Assembly: GCA_965644295.1 (NCBI GenBank)
Contig: CBFFRP010000146.1
Span: forward strand, 186,001-250,000
Length of the DNA stretch: 64,000 nucleotides
Direction of reading: 5' to 3'
Source of the DNA: Paraphysomonas bandaiensis
Lineage: Eukaryota; Protista; Chrysophyceae
The notes under the pieces were generated by a model. It made no database searches and had not been told where the DNA came from. It saw nothing but the letters and a program-made list of their open reading frames with translations. Positions 13,105 to 25,107 of the stretch are shown in pieces. The stretch's first letter is position 1, and each line of letters opens with the position of its first letter. The position numbers and the translations under genes are program-made.

Positions 13105-15571
13105 TTACGTTAGATTCAGAGCTAAAAAACAGCCCACAAATGACCCAATGAGTAAAAATGACGTAAGAATGGTGTCGCTCAAATATGTTTCCATAGACGT
13201 TGCGTACTTAGCCACGTGTAAACCAGATGTTTCTTTTTCAACCTAAAGTATGCACAGATATCAATCGTATTGTACCAGTGCACTATATGTAGAAACCACC
13301 TCAATTTTTTCGCCGATGGAGACCAATATTTTCCCGATCTCCAAATTCTTCTCGCTGTCACGAAGAAATGATTCCGTGTTAACTAAATTAAAGAACGCAG
13401 ACAAACCTTTTGCTAAGGCGACGTAATGTGATATATCCCTTGACATATAGTATTTCCCATACAAAATATATAGAATAAATTGTTGTCATCACCACCATTA
13501 AGTATGATCCGAACTCATTTCCATCGATTAATACCACTACACTCTGTATGTAAGAAAGCGTCAGAGTTCACATACTATATATACGTAGATTCAGATTAAC
13601 GAACCTGCCATGTGCCTAATGCTAATAGAGAGAAAAAGAGAATATATTTCCATATAGCAAGCAAATATAACATATGTCGACCATTTTCGTCTCCACAAAT
13701 CTTAAGCATGGTTGGAAAGTAATACCCAAGAAACCTAAGTGCAAAATTGAACAAGAATAAACTATAAACCAGTGATATATGTAACGTCACATATAGTGCA
13801 CAGCATAAAGAGTAATACCGTATATCAGATTGGTCTTGACTGCCAATTGGCACTTTCCAGTTGTTGATAACACTGTTAACTGTATGCAATGTTGTCACAT
13901 ATGGCGGGGGAGAAATGAGCTGCAAGCAAAGAGCATTACTCCTATATCCATTCGAAAGTATTCGAGTTCACCTTATCAGTTATGGGATCCTGAGTTGCCT
14001 CCAGTTTAATGCCCAGAGGCTCTGGCTCCACAGGCACATCATCATCGACAAGTTTATTGTTTAAAGGAGACTCGGTAAACTCCTCCGGCTTCCAGAATAC
14101 GAAAGAACCGCTTCTCGGAGGTGTAAAATTTTCCTCGTCTAGCACACGATCACTTTCACGTTTAGAAATATTCTCCAATATTTTCGTATGGATAACATTA
14201 TCTATCTGTAACACAAACATGAATATTAGATATTGTGCGAAAAAAAACTTCTGTTACCTTGTAGAATCTCATAATCAAGAAAGCGCAAATCGCAACGAAT
14301 GAAACGAATAGTGAGCACCATACACGCAGTACATAAGTACTACCCACTGTGGAGTGCCCATCATCATTATGGTCGTCTTCATCGTCATCCTCTGGTTGCT
14401 CAAATCCTAATACTGACATCAGCGCAAGGGGTAGACTCGTACCCGCTACGTTGATAAACATGAACGGAAGGTTTGTAAAACCGGTATATGATGACGCTCG
14501 TTTCATTCCTGTCAGTAACTCATCATAGTCAACACAGTCTGCAGCTAGAATGTTGAAAATAGTATTGGACATAGTGGCAAAAAATCCAACTATACTAAAC
14601 ACCGCAATCACTGCATAAGGATTGGTATATGAAACGCCGAAAAATATCACCCCCAATACAACAAGGCCACCGAGCGCCATGTTAGATACAAATATTTTAC
14701 CACGAGCTGAAATGAGTTTTGGAATACACGGAAGAGCAAGAAATCCAACAAAAATGAAACCACCCACACAGAACGTGTATGACATAGCTGCACCATTGTC
14801 GTTTTGCCCCACGCAGAATCTCAGGAAGAAGAGAAGTAATCCAGGTATAGAGTTTACAAACCATAAACAGGTCATGGCCCCCAGGTAGATGCAGTACTGG
14901 GTATTCCAGAGAACAGAAGATATATTCGTGACAGTCGGGATGAAGCAACGTTTAATCAGTGGGGTACCTTCAGGAATAAAGCATAGATTGGCAGCATTCC
15001 AAACAATTAATGACAACGAGAGAATAACCCCATCGACTACAAGCGGAATTGCAGTCAGTCCTAAACCAATGAGAATTCCCAATACCCCCATAGCAGTCAC
15101 AGTCGAATACAAGTTGCCTCTGTCAACTTCTTCATTTGCCAATTCGATGTTCCAGGCATCATGCGCAATACTAAGTCCCGACCTACCGGCAACTTGAATA
15201 ATCAGCGTAATGGCATAGTACAGAGCTGCATTATCCTCACTAACGAATGCTCCATAGCGCAAAAACACACCAATCGCATATATAGGGGCGAAAACAAAGA
15301 TGAATGGCTTCCGTCGATACTTCCCTTTCGACCGGTCGCTCATATTGCCCACTACTATACTGAGATAGACGGTTAACACCCCTACTACGAAATTAGCAAG
15401 GCCCAAATACTCCAACGATACATTCTTCTTGTCGTTGTAGTGATATATAATCAACCCTTCCAGTACAGCCGTACAGCTCTCTAGTGTGGCACAGACGACT
15501 CCTCTGAGCATCCTTTGAGACACAGTCAGAGGCTGCACGCATATGCTCTTCCTATCAGGGATGGAACTCAT
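13105..15571 (-). CDS. GPH/MFS_2 (MelB/Mfsd2-like) transporter with spliced C-terminal membrane extension, copy 1
   Basis: VGNMSDRSKGKYRRKPF and ILAADCVDYDELLTGMKRASSYTG are GPH motifs. GT-AG introns link the 457-aa ORF to downstream exons (IDNVIHTK..., LISPPPY..., SVVVLIDG..., VEKETSG...LALNLT*). Confidence 0.85.
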
Positions 15572-16081
15572 GGCTCTAATATGCTTTATGTATCTTGCAA
15601 TAGATATTGTATCCTGGTTCAGGAAGGCATACGGGGGTATGTACCTTGCCCTGTGCTGTGCAGCAGTATCAGTTTGGTTAAGAGCATTGCACGTGCATTT
15701 GCTCCGTATCTATACTACGATCGTACACCAGTGGAACAGTGCTCTGGCAGCGTACTGAAACGTTAAAAATAGCTGGTTTTTAGCAGTTCTAGAATTGCTT
15801 TCTTGTAATTAATTATTGTAAATAACCCGGATTTTGAGTATATGTTGACCATGTTGGCATCCTTTGTATATTTTTGTTCAAAGATGCCTCTAATATTGAG
15901 ACAATAATTATGTGTATTCCAGCTATAGCTTTATTGTAATAAAGTAGAAAAATTTTGTTTCAAATTATTTCCGAAAAATAAGATGCTGTGTCCTGACCAT
16001 GTAGTGTATGTACATACATGTACATGTACCACGTAACTTAATTAAACCCCGTCGGAGTATGAAAATGAAAACCTTAATATA

Positions 16082-16323
16082 AACAAACCTTTTGCTAAGG
16101 CAATGCGGTCCCCATTGACTGGACCACACGGCCTTTTAATCCCACAAAAAAGATATCTTTACATGACACAGTCGCAATCAGTAGACGTATCATGGCTACG
16201 ATTGTTAGCGCACACACACACACCCCGCTAGGCTTCTATAAGGCGATACATCTCTTGATGTATAGTATTTCCCATACAAAATATATAGAATAAGTTGTTG
16301 TCATCACCACCATTAAGTATGAT
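16082..16323 (-). pseudogene. Short third relic of the GPH transporter tail exon, interrupted by a 137-bp insertion
   Basis: ACAAACCTTTTGCTAAGGC and TATAGTATTTCCCATACAAAATATATAGAATAA...CACCACCATTAAGTATGAT match 13401-13508. Confidence 0.8.
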
Positions 16324-17062
16324 GATATCAATATAAACACCCTTGCGAATAGACTGAAAGGGTATCGTTTGTAGTCATGAGAAGTAAAAATCTATCAATA
16401 CTTTTTAAGTATCTAACAGTATATGTCATATATATATAAAGTAGCAGTGTGTAACATGCAAATGTTAACATACAAGAAATTAATTAAGTGAATATAAAAG
16501 ACAACGTCATCACGCATTGCATCATTAACACATCGTCCACACAACATGTAATAATCTACTAAGCAGTGATAGACCAACGTTACGATATACATTCACATCC
16601 ATTGAACAACAAACAGGAAAGTCCTGCCAGTACCGACAACGAGGTTTACTCGCGTTATGTGCTCATGTCCTGGAGTTGTGCCTACCCTCCCTTCCAAATT
16701 ACAAGATACCAGCCAGCCGGTTCCGTTATCGCACCTACTTCATTAGAAGAGCTCACGAATGCCGTCATATTCATACAATGAGACTCTTCTTCATTGATAG
16801 TCATATATAATCATATCGGCATATAGTCAGGTCTGTTGCAGAGATAGCTCAAGTGTAACCTATTTGTGCAGTCTCATCTACCCACAGCATACAGCATACA
16901 ATCTCAATTAGCCGCATTTCTTTTATAGATAAGACAGCAGAGGCGTGCAACTCAGTGCTAGTTATTGTATGATAAGCATATGAAGTGGCGTGTACGTTAC
17001 ATATGATTATGATATGAGTGCAAGCATTGTTAACGATTGTGTATACGCTATACTATGTGTAT

Positions 17063-17570
17063 TCAAACTCTTGAAACGACTTCTTTCCATAGATTGTATA
17101 GGGTTCTAACACCTATACTTAAGTAAACGCTAGCTCGAGTCATCACGTCATACTTCTCGGTTAATCGTCGTTGAGGCATGCACCAAACTAACCTCAAAGG
17201 CATGCTTACATCATTCGTAGACAAAGTAGTACCACCGCAGCGGCTATTGCGATATTGCGGCATGAAAACTCCAATGGGTCAGCCTTTAGCTCAGATGGAG
17301 TGAAGAAAGGGGCACCATGGCGATGGGGTCTTAAAGTCAGTCTCGGAGGCAATTTCAGGGTCTAAACCACATAAACGATTGCTTAGACGCCCCTCATGGT
17401 ATATTTTCACCTTATTCTTTGATCCTGGGGGTCAACTATGCTTAATTCGAGGTGTAGTGGTATCTTTTAGCACAATGCCTCCATCAGCCTCAGAGTGATC
17501 TTCAAGGGACCTCTTCCACATAATATTTTTCCCCGACATCTAGGAACCCCTGAGAGTAACTGAAGGCATA
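17063..17570 (-). mobile_element. Degenerate DNA-transposon-like fragment (AT-hook relic plus HTH-like segment)
   Basis: Minus strand KHS*PPGSKNK (17411-17443) resembles the AT-hook KRGRPPGSKNK; downstream RASVYLSIGVRTLYNLWKE resembles a transposase HTH. Present in only one duplication unit. Confidence 0.4.
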
Positions 17571-18310
17571 TTCCTATATAGCCAAGAGCATACTCTACAA
17601 TGCTAAGATATTTCGGGTCGTACGGTTTCAAGCTGAATATATTCTGCAGGTGTGAGGTTCACACTTTTCACGATTTTTTTCATGATTTTTACCCTTTTTC
17701 TTTTCTATAGCGAATTCCCACATCTCGTAGTATCCTCCTTGGATCATTACATAGCGGATGTTGCACTGTTGTGTGCAATAAGCAACAAGGCTATGGTGGT
17801 GCACGATAAAGCGATGTGACGACAGTTCTCGTGAGCCTGTAAACAGAAAGTTGATGTGGACAACTGATATGCAATATAGGGATATTGCACTTCCCACCTT
17901 CTATTCATATTCTTTGCTGTCTGTTTAGTCTCTATGTATGTGTATATTCAGGTGTGTATGTAGCATTAAAACGATTAAATATGTCAGTGCCGATATAATT
18001 TGTTGGGGGTTTCTAAGCTTATCGAAAACCTTGAAAATTTAGAGCTATATCGATTCATAATAAATGTCTTATTCTGTACACATGTACCGCAATAGGATGC
18101 TTACAATCCTTTGTTTAAGGTGTTTGATGAAGCCTGTCGTTAGTCCGAATTGGCGTAGCGAGTATTTTATCACCTGAATCGACTACCGAAATCTATGCCA
18201 CATGCATTTATATAATCAGTAGATAATTCTCTACCCACACTTATTTGTGTCACTTATCTTGTGTAGACGTCTTTGGGCCACCACTCAACCAACGTTAGAG
18301 TTTGTAATAT

Positions 18311-18973
18311 GTCAGGGACATCATTGAGTTGTTCTTATTCTCATCTCCATTGTTATATAGACTGCACTGCTGTCGGCCAGTGGTAAAGGGAATCTTCATG
18401 TAGCCGATTTTTTGGTAGAATGCGGAGCAACGTTGTCATGTAGAGACTACGTGAGTGCTGCCACGGTAGGATTATTGTTTAATTGCAGTGTTTATCAGGA
18501 TGGTAACACCTGTCTCCACCGAGCGTCCGCTGTTTGCGATTACGATATGATAATATGGTGCTTGGATCACGGCGTGGACAAATATGCCAAAAACAAGGTA
18601 ATTATTGTTGTTGTGTTGGTTGAGATTACAGTTTACTTGTAGCTCGGGCGCACAGCTATGATGCTTGCCGCTGGTAGTACAGTATCGGATAGGCGTCGGT
18701 ACGGATCTCAAAGTGCACCTCCTCCGCGGAAATGCTCCACTGCGGCTTCAGCTGCTGTCATCCTTCTAATTGAGCGTGATTGTGCAGTTGATGTCGTCGA
18801 CAACATATTTCATTGTTATCTCTAACTGTATTTGTGTTTTAATTAAAATGTACAGATATTTATCGCGTGTCCTCAAGTGTATGAAGCTGCAAATAAAGCT
18901 TGTGCGTCGACGTTGCGGGTGTTTCATAATTCCGACTTGTGCAGAATAATTATGTTCTACATTTGACATTTAA
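18311..18973 (+). pseudogene. 5'-truncated copy of the ankyrin gene (last exons only, with internal deletions)
   Basis: Matches 11727-12580; lacks upstream exons; ~19-nt deletion near 18860 and a large deletion near 18900; the original stop TAA reads TGA. Confidence 0.85.
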
Positions 18974-19482
18974 CGTCTCGCTATTTATTTCTACTTATTC
19001 TTACGCAATATGCATGCTGGCATTACTATTAACAGCGAATTTCTTATAACTGTATAAATTGTGGTTGCGTTTTCACAGCATTAGACCCTTAAATTCAATA
19101 AAATAGTATACTACTAGTAACAGCTAACAGCGGAAGAAATTCTATGATGTTCTCACAACTCACAACAAAATCTAACTTTTAACCTTAATGAGTCTTCATA
19201 CTTATAATATTGTATAATGATCGGCGATATGAATTCATCTGCTGCTGCACTATCCACTATCAACAACTAACTATATAGAGGCCATACAATTTCTAAATTT
19301 TAAATGTGATTTTTAGTTACGCTTGAATAAGTCAGAGTACGGGTTACTATAAATACCGATTGAGACGTGGCCTGATAATTGAGAAAACCCTAGTTGCTCT
19401 TATAAACCCTGAGGAAATTCTTCTTTTCTACCTCACATGTCACGACCATACATAGCATTGCAGTAGCTAGCAGGCACGACAA

Positions 19483-21953
19483 TTACGTTAGATTCAGAGC
19501 TAAAAAACAGCCCACAAATGACCCAATGAGTAAAAATGACGTAAGAACGGTGTCGCTCAAATATGTTTCCATAGACGTTGCGTACTTAGACACGTGTAAA
19601 CCAGATGTTTCTTTTTCAACCTAAAGTATGCACAGATATCAATCGTATTGTACCAGTGCACTATATGTAGAAACCACCTCAATTTTTTCGCCGATGGAGA
19701 CCAATATTTTCCCGATCTCCAAATTCTTCTCGCTGTCACGAAGAAATGATTCCGTGTTAACTAAATTAAAGAACGCACACAAACCTTTTGCTAAGGCGAC
19801 GTAATGTGATATATCCCTTGACATATAGTATTTCCCATACAAAATATATAGAATAAATTGTTGTCATCACCACCATTAAGTATGATCCGAACTCATTTCC
19901 ATCGATTAATACCACCACACTCTGTATGTAAGAAAGTGTCAGAGTTCACATACTATATATACGTAGATTCAGATTAACGAACCTGCCATGTGCCTAATGC
20001 TAATAGAGAGAAAAAGAGAAAATATTTCCATATAGCAAGCAAATATAACATATGTCGACCATTTTCGTCTCCGCAAATCTTAAGCATGGTTGGAAAGTAA
20101 TACCCAAGAAACCTAAGTGCAAAATTGAACAAGAATAAACTATAAACCAGTGATATATGTAACGTCACATATAGTGCACAGCATAAAGAGTAAACAATAC
20201 CGTATATCAGATTGGTCTTGACTGCCAATTGGCACTTTCCAGTTGTTGATAACACTGTTAACTGTATGCAATGTTGTCACATATGGCGGGGGAGAAATGA
20301 GCTGCAAGCAAAGAGCATTACTCCTATATCCATTCGAAAGTATTCGAGTTCACCTTATCAGTTATGGGGTCCTGAGTTGCCTCCAGTTTAATGCCCAGAG
20401 GCTCTGGCTCCACAGGCACATCATCATCGACAAATTTATTGTTTAAAGGAGACTCGGTAAACTCCTCCGGCTTCCAGAATACGAAAGAACCGCTTCTCGG
20501 AGGTGTAAAATTTTCCTCGTCTAGCACACGATCACTTTCACGTTTAGAAATATTCTCCAATATTTTCGTATGGATAACATTATCTATCTGTAACACAAAC
20601 ATGAATATTAGATATTGTGCGAAAAAAAACTTCTGTTACCTTGTAGAATCTCATAATCAAGAAAGCGCAAATCGCAACGAATGAAACGAATAGTGAGCAC
20701 CATACACGCAGTACATAAGTACTACCCACTGTGGAGTGCCCATCATCATTATGGTCGTCTTCATCGTCATCCTCTGGTTGCTCAAATCCTAATACTGACA
20801 TCAGCGCAAGGGGTAGGCTCGTACCCGCTACGTTGATAAACATGAACGGAAGGTTTGTAAAACCGGTATATGATGACGCTCGTTTCATTCCTGTCAGTAA
20901 CTCATCATAGTCAACACAGTCTGCAGCTAGAATGTTGAAAATAGTATTGGACATAGTGGCAAAAAATCCAAGTATACTAAACACCGCAATCACTGCATAA
21001 GGGTTGGTATATGAAACGCCGAAAAATATCACCCCCAATACAACAAGGCCACCGAGCACCATGTTAGATACAAATAATTTACCACGAGCTGAAATGAGTT
21101 TTGGAATACACGGAAGAGCAAGAAATCCAACAAAAATGAAACCACCCACACAGAACGTGTATGACATAGCTGCACCATTGTCGTTTTGCCCCACGCAGAA
21201 TCTCAGGAAGAAGAGAAGTAATCCAGGTATAGAGTTTATAAACCATAAACAGGTCATGGCCCCAAGGTAGATGCAGTACTGGGTATTCCAGAGAACAGAA
21301 GATATATTCGTGACAGTCGGGATGAAGCAACGTTTAATCAGTGGGGTACCTTCAGGAATAAAGCATAGATTGGCAGCATTCCAAACAATTAATGACAACG
21401 AGAGAATAACCCCATCGACTACAAGCGGAATTGCAGTCAGTCCTAAACCAATGAGAATTCCCAATACCCCCATAGCAGTCACAGTCGAATACAAGTTGCC
21501 TCTGTCAACTTCTTCATTTGCCAATTCGATGTTCCAGGCATCATGCGCAATACTAAGTCCCGACCTACCGGCAACTTGGATAATCAGCGTAATGGCATAG
21601 TACAGAGCTGCATTATCCTCACTAGCGAATGCTCCATAGCGCAAAAACACACCAATCGCATATATAGGGGCGAAAACAAAGATGAATGGCTTGCGTCGAT
21701 ACTTCCCTTTCGACCGGTCGCTCATATTGCCCACTACTATACTGAGATAGACGGTTAACACCCCTACTACGAAATTAGCAAGGCCCAAATACTGCAACGA
21801 TACATTCTTCTTGTCGTTGTAGTGATATATAAGCAACCCTTCCAGTACAGCCGTACAGCTCTCTAGTGTGGCACAGACGACTCCTCTGAGCATCCTCTGA
21901 GACACAGTCAGAGGCTGCACGCATATGCTCTTCCTATCAGGGATGGAACTCAT
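19483..21953 (-). CDS. GPH/MFS_2 transporter with C-terminal extension, copy 2
   Basis: First exon of equal length with few substitutions. A 4-nt insertion near 20192 falls inside an inferred intron, supporting the exon model. Confidence 0.85.
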
Positions 21954-23490
21954 GGCTCTAATATGCTTTATATATCTTGCAATAGATATTGTATCCTGGT
22001 TCAGGAAGGCATACGGGGGTATGTATCTTGCCCTGTGCTGTGCTGTGCAGCAGTATCAGTTTGGTTAAGAGCATTACAAGTGCTGTTACTGTCGTAGTGC
22101 ACTGTTACTAGTGCAGCCGCCCCATTTGGATCCACATATCCATACTACTATGATCGGACACTGCTGTACAGTGCACTGAAACGTTAAAAATAACTGGTTT
22201 TTGGCATATCTAGAGTTGCTTTCTTATAATTACTTATAGTAAAAAATCCGGGTTTTGAGTTTTCGTCCAACTCGTAGTTGTAAACACTGCATATTTTATA
22301 TTTTAGAAAGGCAGGATTTCTTTAGACTGTTTTTTTTTTCTAAAATCCCGCTATTTTATGCATTGGATAGTATCCTCTTTGGATCATTGCATTGAGGATG
22401 TTGCACTGTTGTGTGCAATAAGCAACAAGGCTATGGTGGTGCACGATAAAGCGATGTGACGACAGTTCTCGTGAGCCTGTAAACAGAAAGTTGATGTGGA
22501 CAACTGATATGCAATATAGGGATATTGCACTTCCCACCTTCTATTCATATTCTTTGCTGTCTGTTTAGTCTCTATGTATGTGTATATTCAGGTGTGTATG
22601 TAGCATTAAAACGATTAGATATGTCAGTGCCGATAATTTGTTGGGGGTTTATAAGCTTATCGAAAACATTGAAAATTTAGAGCTATATCGATTCATAATA
22701 AATGTCTTATTCTGTACACATGTAACGCAATAGAGGATGCTTACAATCCTTTGTTTAAGGTGTTTGATGAAGCGTGTCGTTAGTCCGAATTGGCGTAGTG
22801 AGTCTTTTATCACCTGAATCGACTACCGAAATCTATGCCACATGCATTTATATAATCAGTAGATAATTTTCTACCCACACTTATTAGTGTCACTTATCTT
22901 GTGTAGACGTCTTTGGGCCACCACGAAGAATTAAAATCAATCAACGTTAGAGTTTGTAATGTTGAGTAAGCCTCTTTATAAAAACGAATAAAACCAAATA
23001 TTGATACAGCAATATTCACCTGCTATCTGCTAGTGTATTGAAGAGTATCATATAGATGCATATCTTTCACAGTCATAATAGTTCAGTGTAGTGTTATTTC
23101 ATTTCATATGTATGACGAATATTCAGGTTTCAAGTGGTTTAAAGATTCCTAGAAGAAATCAATGAGACAGTTTATGCCCTTTAATATGATGCTCCCAAAA
23201 CTTTTTGTTCATAGTTCACATTGCAATTGTTTCAAGCATGACACATATCGGAGATCAAGCTTTCATGAGCGTTGGAGGAGCCTAAGAACTAAGTAAACTA
23301 GAGTTCGTCTGCTGAATACTCAATATTGCAGTTGCATTGTGGTAGTTGCATTGAAGATTCATAGAACCTCGGACTTTCTATATACTGCGATCGCTCGGTA
23401 CGTCGTCGTGTGGTGTGATGATGGGCTCTCAAAGATGCAGTCAGTAGTGTGTGATTTCTACAACAAAGTGATCTGTGACACTTTTGAGGC

Positions 23491-23625
23491 GCTTACTGAA
23501 ATATACACTGCAAGGTATGGTTGCTAGTATACATATGCCTACTGAAATATACACTGCTAGGTATGGTTGCTAGCATACATATGCTTACTGAAATATACAC
23601 TGCTAGGTATGGTTGCTAGCATACA
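23491..23625. repeat. 46-bp minisatellite, 3 copies
   Basis: GCTTACTGAAATATACACTGCTAGGTATGGTTGCTAGCATACATAT-like units start at 23491, 23537 and 23583. Confidence 0.95.
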
Positions 23626-23771
23626 AGTGGACATAAGTATAGAAGGCCGTACTCAACATAAAACAGAGAAACAGCCTTAAAATATGATGGTTAATACAAT
23701 TGAAATATACGCAAGCACAATTATAATAATCGCATGCTCCAGAGCATGTCTTATTTCATATACATAAACTA

Positions 23772-24347
23772 TCATATATCAGTCGCACCATCCGAGTACT
23801 CAACAACAGTATTGTCCACACTGTCACTACTATTCACTTGATAATCACATTCTCGTAGTGCCTTCTCTGCTGCCTCATAATCACCTCGTAAGAAGGATTC
23901 TATAAATTTCTGATCCTCCAGGCGGGGTTTAGGGGATGCAAAGAGCATATATTCATCAACAATTGAGGAAACGGCCCAACCTCGTAGCCGGCGAACACAG
24001 CCAATGACGCATCCGGTACGATGTTTTCCTTTGTTGCAGTGGATAAGAAGCGGACGTTTATCAGGGTTCATCACAGTCCGCATGACTTCCATGAAGCCCT
24101 CTTTGTCAATTCCTTTGAAGGCTCCCTTATTACCCTCCAATCCCATAGTTATCAATTCAGTACCGGATCGATTGTAAAAATCAACCAGTGCTGTGGGGTA
24201 ATCCTCTAGAACTAGACTGACAACAGATTTTAATTTGAGACACGCCAAAAACTTCATATTTTTTGATCGCGGGAAGGCGCTCCTGTATACTCCTGGCTCT
24301 ACCATGGCAAAATTCTCTGGAGCGATAAGAAGCTCCTCTAAAGTCAT
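23772..24347 (-). CDS. SIW14: SIW14/OCA-family atypical dual-specificity (inositol pyrophosphate) phosphatase
   Basis: LIAPENFAMVEPGVYRSAFP and catalytic LIHCNKGKHRTGC; ATG at 24347. Confidence 0.9.
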   Translation of the reverse strand: MTLEELLIAPENFAMVEPGVYRSAFPRSKNMKFLACLKLKSVVSLVLEDYPTALVDFYNRSGTELITMGLEGNKGAFKGIDKEGFMEVMRTVMNPDKRPLLIHCNKGKHRTGCVIGCVRRLRGWAVSSIVDEYMLFASPKPRLEDQKFIESFLRGDYEAAEKALRECDYQVNSSDSVDNTVVEYSDGATDI

Positions 24348-24827
24348 GAGAAACAACTAACACAGATTATAAGAGTGTTTATAGGACATAAGGAAAATAG
24401 AAAAGCAAGTAGATTATGACATTTCTATCTCTAATTGTATTGATATGGACTTGACAACAGCGTGTGTTACTTATAGATCATTGAGCTAGCTACCAGTACA
24501 CGACAGAGTAGGAGTACGACACTAGGAATTCCTATAGCAGTACCACATACTCTAAATACCAGAGTTTTACAAAATACGTGTGATTTTCTGATCATATTAC
24601 TAAAAATCCTATACAAACTACTGTACTTTCTACTGCTTCGTACTGCTGTGTTTGTATATACTGCACTGGGATTTCGAAAAATGGAAGGTATTTTTTGTGG
24701 ATGGGTGTAAGAACTGGTGTTGGGGTGCAGGGGCTGGTATGTATAGGAAACATCGTAGAGTGATTGTATGTACTGTACTGCTGTGTTGTATATGCCTGAT
24801 AATGAGAAGAAGAGAACAGAGTACCTC

Positions 24828-24958
24828 TACATACATACATACATACATACATACATACATACATACATACATACATACATACATACATACATACATACAT
24901 ACATACATACATACATACATACATACATACATACATACATACATACATACATACATAC
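24828..24958. repeat. (ATAC)n microsatellite, about 32 units, between divergent SIW14 and PRP5
   Basis: Perfect tetranucleotide run. Confidence 0.98.
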
Positions 24959-25107
24959 ACTCAGCAGGTTATACAATATATATACATATACAATACCTGT
25001 GTAAGCATAGCATACAGAGCATATATATGTCAATCTCATTAATTTCTTAATCCTCTGGTAACCATCTGTCACCAGCATCCAGTGGTACCAGATCAATCTA
25101 TCTGTTC

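Larger units (their letters stand above)
11727..22960. repeat. Recent tandem segmental duplication: unit 1 ~11727-18310, unit 2 ~18311-22960
   Basis: 11727-15840 matches 18311-22260 and 17728-18309 matches ~22369-22960, with scattered substitutions and indels. Unit 1 has about 1.9 kb of extra sequence (~15850-17727). Confidence 0.95.

Noticed and set aside
23491-23625. Possible CRISPR-like array
   Set aside because: Units are contiguous with no unique spacers; eukaryotic context and no cas genes.
24592-25096. MYVC/HTYI repeat ORFs (also 43169-43544)
   Set aside because: Artefacts of the (ATAC)n microsatellites.
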